From the IMG/VR virus record IMGVR_UViG_2791355224_000001, positions 1-64,000 of that record: a DNA stretch of 64,000 bases. The stretch is one strand, 5' to 3'. The notes beneath the pieces were generated by a model. It saw nothing but the letters and a program-made list of their open reading frames with translations, was not told where the DNA came from and did not search any database. This document shows, piece by piece, positions 1 through 9,672 of this stretch (position 1 is the stretch's first letter; the number at the start of each line of letters is the position of its first letter). The translations under genes and the position numbers were made by a program. The DNA is from a virus (lineage: Duplodnaviria > Caudoviricetes).

Positions 1-327
1 TTACATATAAGCTCCTAGAACCTCCTCCACGTCCTGAAGCCGGATGACCAGCTGATCTACCTCATCCACCTGATGGCGTCTATAAATTTGCGGGAGATTA
101 ACCCCGATGATGTGGTCCTCTGAGTCCAGAACAGTAATGTCTTCCAGAAGAACGGTAATTCCGGACGCATCGCCAAACTCCTCGAGTTCAAAGTGCTCCC
201 AAGGGGGAGCAACCTTCAAATACAGCATGCTTGACCAGTCCCTCTCTGCCGGGCTTAGCTTGACAAGCAGCAGCGAGGGAGCCTCAGCATACACATTGTA
301 CTCGGAAATAATTCCTATTTTGGCCAT
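1..327 (-). CDS. hypothetical protein, co-oriented with and overlapping the end of the ImmA-like gene
   Basis: 108-aa ORF with AAGGAG RBS on the minus strand; no family recognised. Confidence 0.6.
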   Translation of the reverse strand: MAKIGIISEYNVYAEAPSLLLVKLSPAERDWSSMLYLKVAPPWEHFELEEFGDASGITVLLEDITVLDSEDHIIGVNLPQIYRRHQVDEVDQLVIRLQDVEEVLGAYM

Positions 328-962
328 GATTTGCTCACTCCTTTGTCCAGCTGGGCATACAGCTGGTTTAAAATTCGCCTGGTCTCCTTGGAAGGAGCCG
401 CCGGTGGTGGGCCGCCTGGCGCGTACTCTCCGATACTGTCAGCTTCATTCAGCTGCTGCATATAACGGGTGCTTTCCTTCGTGGTGACCTGGTTAAGAAT
501 CCGGTTCTGAATCTGCAGCAGGCGGTTATACGCAAGTTCATAAGGCAGAGAGAATTCCGAGGCAATAATATCCACGGATTCCTTCTGGCTCTCCGAAAGG
601 GGCAGTTCCTTGATCATGAAAAATGGAGCCGCCGCATACTGGAGAAATCGCTCTGCTTCCATCTCCTGATGCTGCAGGAACAATTCCGGCATATGCTTCT
701 GATTACCCGCATGCCTGAGAACATGACACAGCTCGTGGAAGAAGACAACACGTCTGACCCGGGCATCCATCCGTTTGGGCAGAAATATAACATCATTCTG
801 ATTACAGCTGAAGGGTGGTCCTTCATATTCCACAAGATCCACCGCAAAAGCGGCACAGATCTCCTCAATATTCAAATCCGCAGGGTGATGAATTCCATGT
901 TCTATGTACCTGGAGCTGATCCAGTCCTCGAGCTCGGTCTCACAATAAAGGGATAAATCCAT
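315..962 (-). CDS. ImmA/IrrE family Zn metallopeptidase (anti-repressor)
   Basis: FFHELCHVLRH (HExxH) plus QEMEAERF motif; lies directly downstream of an XRE repressor. Confidence 0.9.
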   Translation of the reverse strand: MDLSLYCETELEDWISSRYIEHGIHHPADLNIEEICAAFAVDLVEYEGPPFSCNQNDVIFLPKRMDARVRRVVFFHELCHVLRHAGNQKHMPELFLQHQEMEAERFLQYAAAPFFMIKELPLSESQKESVDIIASEFSLPYELAYNRLLQIQNRILNQVTTKESTRYMQQLNEADSIGEYAPGGPPPAAPSKETRRILNQLYAQLDKGVSKSWPK

Positions 963-982
963 AACAGATTCCTCCAGTTATA

Positions 983-996
983 AGAATGTATGTTCG
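983..996 (-). promoter_or_regulatory. probable LexA/SOS (Cheo) box upstream of the ImmA-like gene
   Basis: minus strand CGAACATACATTCT, near match to the Bacillus GAAC-N4-GTTC box. Confidence 0.55.
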
Positions 997-1039
997 TATA
1001 TTTAGTGAAAAATAAAGCCCTCCGAAAAGGGCGGTCAAA

Positions 1040-1369
1040 TTACTTCAGGAATTTCTTCTTCTGTTCCCGGTAGGCCTTGAGGGCGGCTTCCATGACTTCA
1101 ATCTCATCTTGGCTATATTTATCCGGGCCGCCATAGAAGGCGATGCCGGTCTCTTCATGGGTCGGCTTGGGACTTGGAGTCCGTCCGAGCAGGTAGTCCG
1201 CATCCACATCCAGGATATCTGCGATGGCCGATAAGGTTTCGGAATCGACCGTGCGCTTGCCGGACTCGTAATGTCCGTATCCCTGCCGTGTCATCCCTAA
1301 TTTATCAGCCATATCTTGGTGGGTCAAGCCCTTGGACAGTCTTAATTGTGACAATCGTTCCGTAAACAC
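1040..1369 (-). CDS. XRE-family HTH repressor (ImmR/Xre-like)
   Basis: RLSQLRLSKGLTHQDMADKLGMTRQGYGHYESGKR HTH_3 pattern and DYLLGR; divergent from the activator gene. Confidence 0.92.
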   Translation of the reverse strand: MFTERLSQLRLSKGLTHQDMADKLGMTRQGYGHYESGKRTVDSETLSAIADILDVDADYLLGRTPSPKPTHEETGIAFYGGPDKYSQDEIEVMEAALKAYREQKKKFLK

Positions 1370-1390
1370 TTCATCACCTCGCTTACTACT

Positions 1391-1493
1391 ATTATACCCT
1401 ATATAAATAGATAAGCAACAATTAGTTTCTATTTCGTGTTGACAGAAACAATTTGTTGCGTATAATAAAAAGTGTCAGGAAACAAATTGTTGC
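1391..1493. promoter_or_regulatory. divergent sigmaA promoters with three related operators
   Basis: TTGACA 1439-1444 and TATAAT 1461-1466 on +; TATAAT 1391-1396 on -; operators GCAACAATTAGTTTCT (1415), AGAAACAATTTGTTGC (1444), GGAAACAAATTGTTGC (1478). Confidence 0.8.
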
Positions 1494-1524
1494 CCAAATA
1501 AACTGGATTGGGGATGCATATACA

Positions 1525-1977
1525 ATGAAGAACAATGGACATGCTCTGCAATTAACTTATGAACTGCCGGCTGTGAATAAGGAAGCGACCCGTAAACGGG
1601 TGGAGGAAGAGCTTGAGACGGTCCGCATCTATAAACGTATTGGAATCATCCGCCGGGAGGTGGGAACCGTTGGCAGGTATGAACCAAGGGTCCACGGCTC
1701 CACGAACCTCGTAAGCAAGACAACGGAGAACACGGCTGTCTGGAATGTGGATCGTGAGCAGGTTATGGAGAAGAAGGTCGTTATGCTGGATAAAGCGCTG
1801 ATGTGTCTGAACGAAATGGAACGGGAGCTGATTCGGCTGAGGTACTTGGATACGGATGATACTTACGATTATCTCGTCTGTGGAGATCTGGGCGTAAGTG
1901 AGCGGAAATACCGCAGAGTCAAGGCTCAAGCCATGTACAAGCTTGCGCTTGCCCTTAGGTTGGAGGTGCTGGCTTAA
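1525..1977 (+). CDS. ArpU/RinA-family late transcriptional activator
   Basis: L..MERELIRLRYL...DYLVCGDLGVSERKYRRVKAQA.YKLALALRL; start moved to ATG 1525. Confidence 0.85.
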   Translation: MKNNGHALQLTYELPAVNKEATRKRVEEELETVRIYKRIGIIRREVGTVGRYEPRVHGSTNLVSKTTENTAVWNVDREQVMEKKVVMLDKALMCLNEMERELIRLRYLDTDDTYDYLVCGDLGVSERKYRRVKAQAMYKLALALRLEVLA

Positions 1978-2422
1978 GCTGGAGAGGTTGGGCTGGGTTG
2001 AGAGCAGTAGGCAAAGGCACAAGGGATAAAGCGGTTATTGAGCGAAGCAGATGAATTTGATAAAACCTTAAGATCGAACAGCCGCTTGTGGGGAGGGTTA
2101 GAGGATAAAATGGGGCGTTACTAGATTCTTAAGGCTCTAATTGTGAGATACCTCTTGCTTTTGATATAGGACTTAAAAGTATGGACCAGTTGAGCTTGGA
2201 TCAACTGGTTTTGTTATTTCCAGTAGTGTTTTTTTCAGGGAGAGAAGACGAAAGATCTAAGGTTTGGGGGGAAGATACAACACAGCAGATGATGAGTGGC
2301 TGGAACTTGAGGATTTTAAAAGGTGGAATTGCGGACATTCCGGGAGCAAATACATACAAAAGGTATAACTCGAACAACACCGTGCAGCCGAGTTGCCAGC
2401 GAAATACGGCATCGAATGCTCG

Positions 2423-2488
2423 TGGCCGGAAAGTGGCCGCTTCTTGGCCGGAAGCTGGCCGTTCATTAGGCAAAAACGATGTTATAGT
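2423..2488 (+). promoter_or_regulatory. activator-dependent late promoter: four TGGCCG repeats at 11-bp period plus extended -10
   Basis: TGGCCG at 2423, 2434, 2445, 2456; TG-n-TATAGT at 2480-2488; no -35 consensus. Confidence 0.7.
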
Positions 2489-2635
2489 TATATCATCGGG
2501 AAGTTAAGCAAAGAGATACCGAAGGCGCACATGCCCTTATTGCACAGCCGGCTCTATACGAGAGTCCGGCTATTTATTTTACCGCGGTCATCATCTGCGG
2601 CTTCCCGTTCACCTTGATGGAGAAAGGAGCTGAAT

Positions 2636-3475
2636 ATGAGAGGAGTCATTAAGCAAAAGATCAGTATGGCTGTTCCCGAGTTCGCGGGACGAGTGTATGA
2701 TGTGGATGCCGCATTAAGCCTGCCACTTCCACTGTGTATTGTGAAGCAGGGGGAAGAGACGGTGGAATCCCCATGGACTGGGTACCGGAGATATTTCGAT
2801 GTGATTCCATATGGAGCCGGAGGATTCACCGAGGTGGATCAGCTGTCGGAACAGATCATTCGGGCGCTTAACGAAGAAGTGCTGACGTCTGAACCGGGGC
2901 AATCCATCACGTGTATCTATACGGGAAATGTAGGTGGGGATATGGTGGATACGGAGCGTAAAGCTGCGGCACGCACTTTAAGATTCTCCGTGATGAACCC
3001 TTCTTCGAACCTGCTGCCCAGCGATCCGGAGGACCCTTGGTTAACGGGACTGCAGAGTTGGACAGAGGGCATTCTTGGTCATGAATGGGCGGTGTATTCC
3101 GGCTGGTGGCCTTCAGGCTATAAGAGGCCCTGTGTATTGTGGAGACTTACGGGCAGCGAGTTGAAAATGACTCAATCGTCTGGTCTGGAAAATGAGCACC
3201 GATTCTCTGTTCATGTGATCGGGCGAAGCCCTGAAGAAGAACAGGGAACGGTCAGAAGGCTGCTTGAAGCGATTGGAGGTCAGGTCAAGCTGCCGCTTGA
3301 AGCTGGTGGAAAGAGGTATGCGGTAGTGCGTGAATGCACGGCAAACCCTCAGGCAGACCGGATTGCTGCTGGACAGCTCACTGTTTTGTTATCCATGAAG
3401 ACAGGCCGGACCTTCCCCGAGGAACCGCTTATGCAAAAGATTTATTATAAACCCAATCCTGAACAAATGAGGTGA
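2636..3475 (+). CDS. probable tail completion/terminator protein
   Basis: first ORF of the tail operon with AAAGGAG RBS; position upstream of the sheath gene. Confidence 0.55.
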   Translation: MRGVIKQKISMAVPEFAGRVYDVDAALSLPLPLCIVKQGEETVESPWTGYRRYFDVIPYGAGGFTEVDQLSEQIIRALNEEVLTSEPGQSITCIYTGNVGGDMVDTERKAAARTLRFSVMNPSSNLLPSDPEDPWLTGLQSWTEGILGHEWAVYSGWWPSGYKRPCVLWRLTGSELKMTQSSGLENEHRFSVHVIGRSPEEEQGTVRRLLEAIGGQVKLPLEAGGKRYAVVRECTANPQADRIAAGQLTVLLSMKTGRTFPEEPLMQKIYYKPNPEQMR

Positions 3476-3715
3476 GTGGATATGCTGCGAAAAGCAGACA
3501 GAGCGGCTAAGGCAACGGCTGCGGTCGAACAGGCAGGCCTTAGCGAAATGGAAATTCAATATTCAATTGAGGAGCTTTCGGAGAAATCCGAGGCTCTTTT
3601 TCATGTCAAGCCAGAAGTTCTGGCCGGTGCGCTGTATGGCACAGCCCGGGAGAAATACTCCGTATTGGAATCCGCCGAATTGGTACAACAATTTTTGAAA
3701 GCGAAGGTGAAGTGA
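3476..3715 (+). CDS. small conserved pre-sheath protein
   Basis: YSIEEL...LFHVKPEVLAGAL...QFLKAKVK, typical small gene before xkdK-like sheath genes. Confidence 0.65.
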   Translation: MDMLRKADRAAKATAAVEQAGLSEMEIQYSIEELSEKSEALFHVKPEVLAGALYGTAREKYSVLESAELVQQFLKAKVK

Positions 3716-3716
3716 A

Positions 3717-5177
3717 ATGGCAGGAGGAAATTGGTCAACTACGGAAGGACAAGTCCTTCCCGGATTATATATGAATTTTGAAGCTGCAGCTGCATCGGCG
3801 ATTCAGCCCGGCAGCCGTGGGACAGTTGTCATTCCCGTCAAGGCGAACTGGGGACCGGTTCGTGAATTCGTGGAAATCGGGAGTGAAGCTGCGATTCGTG
3901 AAGTGTTCACAAGCGGTGACATGGGTGGTGCAACAGCTTTTACCTCTCTATATTTAGCCCTGCTCGGGGGTCCGAAGAAGCTTCTGGCTTACCGGTTAGC
4001 GGACAGCACAGCTGCTCCAGCCTCGCTCACTCTTCAGGATGGCAAGGCCGAAGTTCTTAAGCTGGAGGCAAAATATCCAGGCAGCCGGGCTAATCAGTTC
4101 AAAGTAACAGTGCAGCCAAGCCTTGGTGACAGCTCAGTGAAGGAAATGAAGCTGTATGAGAACACCACGCTGCTGTATACCTTTGGCATCGGAACAGGCC
4201 AGGTGGATGCGGTGGTAGATGCGTTGAATCAACATCCATCGAACAAGTGGGTTACTGCTGTGAAGCTCGCCGAGAGCCAGAGTCCGCTTGCGAATGTGAC
4301 GGATACTGCTTTTACGGGTGGAGTCAGCGGCATTAGCGGAGTTAAGAACAGCGATTATATTGAGGCGCAAAATGCTTTGGAGACCCGCGAGTTCGATGTG
4401 CTGTCCCTGGACGGCGTGACGGACACAGCTCTGCTCCAGAGCTTTGCGGCTTGGCTGAAGCGGGTACGCAAGGAAGGCAAGAAGGCGATTGCCGTATTTG
4501 GCGGTGCTGCTGCAGATGACAATGCAGCGGATGCAGCAAGCAAGGCAGCTGCCCGTTCCGCACTGTTCAACCACGAAGGTATCGTGAATGTGGGAACCGG
4601 TGTGGTGTTTGGCGGCACGGAATACAGCTCCGCCCAGACAGCCGCTTATGTGGCTGGTTTGATCGCGGGTCAGAAGCTGAATGAATCGACCACCTATTCG
4701 GCGGCGCCATTTGAGGACGTAACCCGCAGATGGACACGTTCCGAACAGGAAGTGGCTGTGAAGAATGGGGTGTTCCTGCTCGTTCATGATGGCCGCCAGG
4801 TCAAGGCGCTACGCGGCGTGAACAGTCTGATTGTGTCGGGTACGGGACAGAACAGTGCATGGAAGAAGATTCGTACCATCCGTGTGCTGGATGCCATAAA
4901 CGCCGATCTTCAGCGTTCGGCTGAGGAAACCTATATCGGTAAGGTGAACAATACAGCGGAAGGCCGCCTGGCGTTGATTGGGGCATGCAAGGAGTATCTG
5001 CGTCAGCTGGCTTCCAGCGGTGTGATTGAATCCACCGGATTTAATGTTGAACTGGACCCGGATTATTATGGTCCGTCGGCTGCCCATAAACCGGAACCGG
5101 ACCAAGTGTATCTGCGCTGGAATGCCAAGCTGTCTGATGTGATGGAGCAGCTGTTTGGAACATTTTACGTTCAATAA
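3717..5177 (+). CDS. xkdK: contractile tail sheath protein (XkdK-like)
   Basis: MAGGNWS...LPGLYMNF N-terminus, LEAKYPGSRAN, WKKIRTIRVLDAI, YIGKVNN. Confidence 0.93.
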   Translation: MAGGNWSTTEGQVLPGLYMNFEAAAASAIQPGSRGTVVIPVKANWGPVREFVEIGSEAAIREVFTSGDMGGATAFTSLYLALLGGPKKLLAYRLADSTAAPASLTLQDGKAEVLKLEAKYPGSRANQFKVTVQPSLGDSSVKEMKLYENTTLLYTFGIGTGQVDAVVDALNQHPSNKWVTAVKLAESQSPLANVTDTAFTGGVSGISGVKNSDYIEAQNALETREFDVLSLDGVTDTALLQSFAAWLKRVRKEGKKAIAVFGGAAADDNAADAASKAAARSALFNHEGIVNVGTGVVFGGTEYSSAQTAAYVAGLIAGQKLNESTTYSAAPFEDVTRRWTRSEQEVAVKNGVFLLVHDGRQVKALRGVNSLIVSGTGQNSAWKKIRTIRVLDAINADLQRSAEETYIGKVNNTAEGRLALIGACKEYLRQLASSGVIESTGFNVELDPDYYGPSAAHKPEPDQVYLRWNAKLSDVMEQLFGTFYVQ

Positions 5178-5201
5178 TAACTCTTGAGGGGATGAGAAAA
5201 T

Positions 5202-5609
5202 ATGTTGGATGCATCAAAAATTATTCTTGGAACATACGGTCAGGTTCATATTGACGGAGTCTGGCAGACACATATTAACAAGCTGGAAGCCAGCGTGGAG
5301 ATGGAGAAGCGTGAGCTGAATCTGTGCGGCGCCGATTGGAAGGTTCATAAGAACGGGATTAAGAAGGGCACAGGTACGATGAGCGGTTATAAGATCACCT
5401 CGGATATGATCAACCGGGGATTCACCAAATTCGAAATTATCTCCAAGCTTGCGGACCCGGAAGCCTACGGCTATGAGTCCGTTAAGCTGATCCGCTGTTC
5501 CCCGGATAAGATCCAGCTGGCGAACTGGACGGCCGGCGAAGAGGTGGCTGAGGAAACCACGTTCACCTTTGAGGGGTATGAGCTGGTAGACCCGATTGTT
5601 GCCAATTAA
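5202..5609 (+). CDS. xkdM: tail tube protein (XkdM-like)
   Basis: follows sheath; GTGTMSGYK, KLADPEAYGYE, EETTFTFEGYE. Confidence 0.9.
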   Translation: MLDASKIILGTYGQVHIDGVWQTHINKLEASVEMEKRELNLCGADWKVHKNGIKKGTGTMSGYKITSDMINRGFTKFEIISKLADPEAYGYESVKLIRCSPDKIQLANWTAGEEVAEETTFTFEGYELVDPIVAN

Positions 5610-5765
5610 TTGGCAGGCATTGATCATATAAGTTGAACTTAAGAATTACCAATAGGCAAGAGTGTGAAATATTCAACATTTCATACGGCTTCCTTACGTG
5701 TAAATCAATAGTTCATCTTATAAGCTGCAAGATAAGTAACTATATTAAGCCGGAGGAAGATAACC

Positions 5766-6200
5766 ATGACCTTAAATGAAAACTTAAGTGAAGAGCAAAT
5801 ACTGGACAGCCTCTTTGAGGCGGCGAACAAGCTGCCTGAAGAGGCTGTATTTATTCAGCGTCTGGATATGAAGCTGGTGCTGCGGGGACTCACGTCCAGC
5901 AAGGTCGATAGTATCCGCGAGCGCTGCACGATCCGCAAAACCGTGAAGGGCCGGGCTGAGGAGAAGGTGGACACTGAAGTGTTCAACGCGTTGCTCATCT
6001 CGGAAGCCACGGCGCAGCTTGAAGTCAAAGGACTTCAGCTCAGCGGCTGGGGCGATTCCCGTATTGTCAGCCGCCTGAAGCTGTCCGGCGGCGATCAGGC
6101 CGTCCGCCGCATGCTGCTGGCCGGAGAACTTGACGCTGTGGGCGACAAGGTGCTGGAGCTGTCGGGCTTCGGCGTGTCGATTGAAGACCTAAAAAACTGA
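5766..6200 (+). CDS. xkdN: tail assembly chaperone (XkdN-like, gpG equivalent)
   Basis: between tube and tape measure; LLAGEL..VGDKVLELSGF...KN end. Confidence 0.85.
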   Translation: MTLNENLSEEQILDSLFEAANKLPEEAVFIQRLDMKLVLRGLTSSKVDSIRERCTIRKTVKGRAEEKVDTEVFNALLISEATAQLEVKGLQLSGWGDSRIVSRLKLSGGDQAVRRMLLAGELDAVGDKVLELSGFGVSIEDLKN

Positions 6201-6355
6201 TTCACTCCGGCGGAATGACGACGATGCTGTACCACATGTGGTCGCGGCATCATCTCCGTCCCGGAGTGTTCTGGACGCTGCCGCAGGGAGAGCGCAAGCT
6301 GCTGCTTGCCTTCTCCGAGCTGGAGCTGGATATGCTGGCGGGGAGTAGCTCGTAA
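6191..6355 (+). other. -1 programmed frameshift site and gpGT-like extension
   Basis: slippery A AAA AAC at 6191-6197 before TGA; -1 frame reads LIHSGGMTTMLYHMWSRHHLRPGVFWTLPQGERKLLLAF... to TAA 6353-6355. Confidence 0.8.
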
Positions 6356-6375
6356 AGAAGGGGGTGAAGAAACCA

Positions 6376-8010
6376 ATGGATAGAACATCAAATATCCGGT
6401 TAAAACTTGACGCCGGTTCACAAAGTTTGATCAAAGGCAATCGTGAACTCAAAGCTATGGACAAGTATTTGGATTCCATTCAGAAGCGGGTTAAACAACT
6501 TGGGCGAGTGCAGCTTATGTCTCAGGTTAATATGATTGACCGAATGACCCAATCTGTGAAGAACCTGTCAAGAGCATTGGATCAGGTGCATTGGAGGTAT
6601 CTGGTGAAACCAGCAGTATATAAGATTGTTATAGAGGAAAAGACACGAAAAATAACACGAAATTTTGTTAGAAATACCTTGCCCGCTACAATAACTCAGG
6701 AAAAAAGTAATTTGGTACAAGTACCGAAGAACAAAGAAGCTAATCAAAAGTTAAAAAGTAAGAAGTTGGCGGGGCCAAACAACTTATGGTCACTGGATTC
6801 CTATAACAATAACTTCGGAGAAAGTAAACCTGATTTTAAGAAAAAGTACGTAAAGCCAACCATTCAGTCTAGGAGCAACCTTGGATCACTGGAGCTGCTT
6901 ATAGATTTAGGTAATAAGTTTGGGTACTCTGATTCTAAAAAAGAAGAGCCAAATTCTCTATGGTCGGCTTTAACATCATTTGCAGCATTGGAAAGTAAGC
7001 TAAGCGATGGTTGGAACTATACAAAGTTATTTTCCCAGTCAGTTGATGGGATTTATAAAACTTCTGGTGGGGCAACAAATACTAATACTCCAGGGTGGTT
7101 TAAAAAGTCAATGAACTTCTTGGAACAGGCCGGACCACCGACCGCAAAGTTTCTGGATAAAACATTCAAAGTAGTAGGTATTAACACCTCTATAATGAAT
7201 GTTCTGAATTCTAAAACAAAGAAAGAAACATTTGAGAATGCTGGAGGAGAAATTTTAAAGTTTGCTTACTCAGCCACTTTAGCGAAATTTTTAAAAATAC
7301 CCCAATTTGCTTTTAAATCTGCCCTAACTACATCTATAGATATAGCTGGTTCGAAACTGGTCGAACAAATTGGGAAAGGAATTGGTGGCACAATTTACGA
7401 CATTGGTGGCACAGTATACGACGATGCTGCTAATTTCGAAAGAAATGCTCCAACTACAGTTTATGGTATGAAATTAGCTTTAAGTGAGATTGGTAATTAT
7501 TTTTCTTCACTAGGCAAGGACGTTTCCAGTTTCTTTTATAAAGAACCACCAAAGGTAGGACCACATGCAGTTTTAAATCCACCTTTTTCTAAGGTAGATA
7601 GCTTCGTGGTCAATTCGGGCAAGCCTTTGAATAGACAATATCCTAGAAATTTCGAAAGAGAGTTTTTTGGCACAGTACCTAACACAGTTGCTTTGTCTGT
7701 AAAGTCGTTTTTCCCTTTTAAGAGCACGAAGTTCAATCCTTATTCAATCACAGATCCAAATCCGAATAACATTAGGTTGGCACCGAAGAAACTTTCTCCA
7801 GAGCAAGTTGATAACTTGGTAGGTTATTTGAAGAAAGACAACCAAAAGAAAGAATCTGCAACCGTAAATATGCCAGCCGGGGCTATTCAAGTAATTGTTA
7901 ATCAAGGGGTAAAAAGCCTTGAAGAGCTAGTAACAGAAGTAAGTAAAAAATTCCATATAGAGTTTAAAAAGACCATGCAGAACAGCAAACCCAAATTTTT
8001 AGCCAATTAG
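6376..8010 (+). CDS. tape measure protein slot (short, AT-rich, divergent)
   Basis: position between chaperone and LysM/XkdP gene; coiled-coil N-terminus and Gly-rich amphipathic segment. Confidence 0.65.
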   Translation: MDRTSNIRLKLDAGSQSLIKGNRELKAMDKYLDSIQKRVKQLGRVQLMSQVNMIDRMTQSVKNLSRALDQVHWRYLVKPAVYKIVIEEKTRKITRNFVRNTLPATITQEKSNLVQVPKNKEANQKLKSKKLAGPNNLWSLDSYNNNFGESKPDFKKKYVKPTIQSRSNLGSLELLIDLGNKFGYSDSKKEEPNSLWSALTSFAALESKLSDGWNYTKLFSQSVDGIYKTSGGATNTNTPGWFKKSMNFLEQAGPPTAKFLDKTFKVVGINTSIMNVLNSKTKKETFENAGGEILKFAYSATLAKFLKIPQFAFKSALTTSIDIAGSKLVEQIGKGIGGTIYDIGGTVYDDAANFERNAPTTVYGMKLALSEIGNYFSSLGKDVSSFFYKEPPKVGPHAVLNPPFSKVDSFVVNSGKPLNRQYPRNFEREFFGTVPNTVALSVKSFFPFKSTKFNPYSITDPNPNNIRLAPKKLSPEQVDNLVGYLKKDNQKKESATVNMPAGAIQVIVNQGVKSLEELVTEVSKKFHIEFKKTMQNSKPKFLAN

Positions 8011-8026
8011 ATGCTGGAGGTGAACT

Positions 8027-8680
8027 ATGATTTCCGGTATGGAATTTAGTCTAACGGATGGGAACGGGGAGAAATTTGTTTTTCCTGTGAATCCTGAGGA
8101 AGTACAGATTACGCGCGAGCGGGGATACGATACGGTATCCCTGTTGTCGCTGGGAGATTTTGATTTTCCGCAGGGAGAGAGGGTGAAGGAGATCACCTTC
8201 TCTTCTTTTTTTCCAAGAGAGTATAACGAGAGCTACTGCAATTACAATCCCGTGCCTGATCCGCAGACGGCGATGAACAAGCTGACGACCTTTATGCACA
8301 GCAAAACTCCGCTGCGGCTGATCATTACAGGCACCCAGGTGAATGTGCTGGTCATCATCACTTCTCATAACTCCACCTTCCGGGGCGGGGAGACGGGGGA
8401 TGTGTATTTTGACCTGACGATGCGGACTTGGAGAGACCTGAAGGTGGGCAGAATCAATACAGCAGCTGGAGGTAAGGGAGCGAGCACGAAGGCAAGCAGA
8501 CCCGATCTTAAGAAAACACCTAAAACCTACGCCGTCAAACCCGGAGACTCGCTCTCCAAGATCGCTAAGCTGCAGCTCGGTTCAAGCTCCCGCTGGAGTG
8601 AGATCTACAAGCTGAATAAACAGGTTATTGGGAAAGATCCGAATAAGATCAAGGTCGGACAGAAGCTGGTGATGCCATGA
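8027..8680 (+). CDS. xkdP: LysM-domain tail tube initiator (XkdP-like)
   Basis: FPVNPEEV N-terminus; C-terminal LysM YAVKPGDSLSKIAK...IKVGQKLVMP. Confidence 0.9.
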   Translation: MISGMEFSLTDGNGEKFVFPVNPEEVQITRERGYDTVSLLSLGDFDFPQGERVKEITFSSFFPREYNESYCNYNPVPDPQTAMNKLTTFMHSKTPLRLIITGTQVNVLVIITSHNSTFRGGETGDVYFDLTMRTWRDLKVGRINTAAGGKGASTKASRPDLKKTPKTYAVKPGDSLSKIAKLQLGSSSRWSEIYKLNKQVIGKDPNKIKVGQKLVMP

Positions 8681-9672
8681 GCGGCGGCAGGCATGAGGTG
8701 AATTATAAAGTCATTTTGCAAAATAAATACGATCTCACCCCACTCGTGGAGAGTATTTCTCTGCGGGACTCGCTGGATCAGATCGCTTATCAGGCGACGA
8801 TCACTCTCGTTGTCAACGACAGTCTTCCCGCTGTTGATCCGGGGCAGGAGATACGGGTAAGCGGGATTCCTTTTGGCGGAAGTGGGATGGTAACGCTGCT
8901 GCACCCGGGTGTGGTGTGGGAGTGCGAGAGCTCCGGCAGCCCGAAACGGCTGACGCTGACGGTATATGATAAGACCATTTATCTGGACCGGTCCGAGGAT
9001 GAATATCTGTTCCCGAAAGGGCAGACGGCGAATGAGCGGATGCGCAAATATGCGCAGCATTGGCATATTCCACTCGACAAAAACATGCCTGACACGAAGA
9101 CCAAGCTGGGCCGGGCCATGTACCGCACTCAGACCATCTATTCGATGATGACAAATGACCTGAGAGAGACGGCAAAGCTCGGCGGTGATTTGTTCCACCC
9201 AAGGATGGTGTCCAGCGGGCTTACGCTGTACAAGCTAGGCTCGAATTCAAAGGTCTATGTACTTGAAAATCCTACGGAGGCGTCCCAGTCCAGAACACTG
9301 GAGGGTGCGGTTACCGAGGTGAAGGTGCTCGGCACGTCGGACAGCGCCGGAGAAGAGACGCCTTCCAAGGTGCTGGCGATCGCCAAAGGGCAGACGGACA
9401 AGCTGGGCACATTGCTGAAGATTGTCCAGGACGACTCAGTCAAGACAGAAGCCGCCGCCAAAAAGCTGGCTGCCAGCAAGCTTGCAGGCGTACAGCGTCT
9501 GCTTACGGTGACAGGACTGGATGTGAATACGATCCGTGCTGGAGATGCGGTAATGCTGAGCGGGCAGCGTCTAATTGTAACTTCGGTCAGCCGGGAGCTG
9601 AAAAGCGCCGGAACGATGACCCTGGAGCTTGCTCCCATGGATGATGTGAGAAGGAGGTTTTATCTTGAGTGA
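8677..9672 (+). CDS. xkdQ: baseplate hub protein (XkdQ/YqbQ-like)
   Basis: synteny after xkdP; YDKTIYL.RSED, IRAGDAV. Confidence 0.8.
   Translation: MSGGRHEVNYKVILQNKYDLTPLVESISLRDSLDQIAYQATITLVVNDSLPAVDPGQEIRVSGIPFGGSGMVTLLHPGVVWECESSGSPKRLTLTVYDKTIYLDRSEDEYLFPKGQTANERMRKYAQHWHIPLDKNMPDTKTKLGRAMYRTQTIYSMMTNDLRETAKLGGDLFHPRMVSSGLTLYKLGSNSKVYVLENPTEASQSRTLEGAVTEVKVLGTSDSAGEETPSKVLAIAKGQTDKLGTLLKIVQDDSVKTEAAAKKLAASKLAGVQRLLTVTGLDVNTIRAGDAVMLSGQRLIVTSVSRELKSAGTMTLELAPMDDVRRRFYLE

Noticed and set aside
2168-2178. AGGACTTAAAA, identical to the tRNA anticodon-arm/att core
   Set aside because: Only 11 bp, AT-rich, with no tRNA or arm context; plausibly chance.
2181-2617. ORFs in the gap between arpU and the tail operon
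   Set aside because: No RBS or recognisable motifs; they overlap the late promoter and its repeats.
4134-5627. Long antisense ORFs over sheath and tube (and similar ones over PolA and the MTases)
   Set aside because: Shadow frames of GC-rich coding sequence without RBS or motifs.
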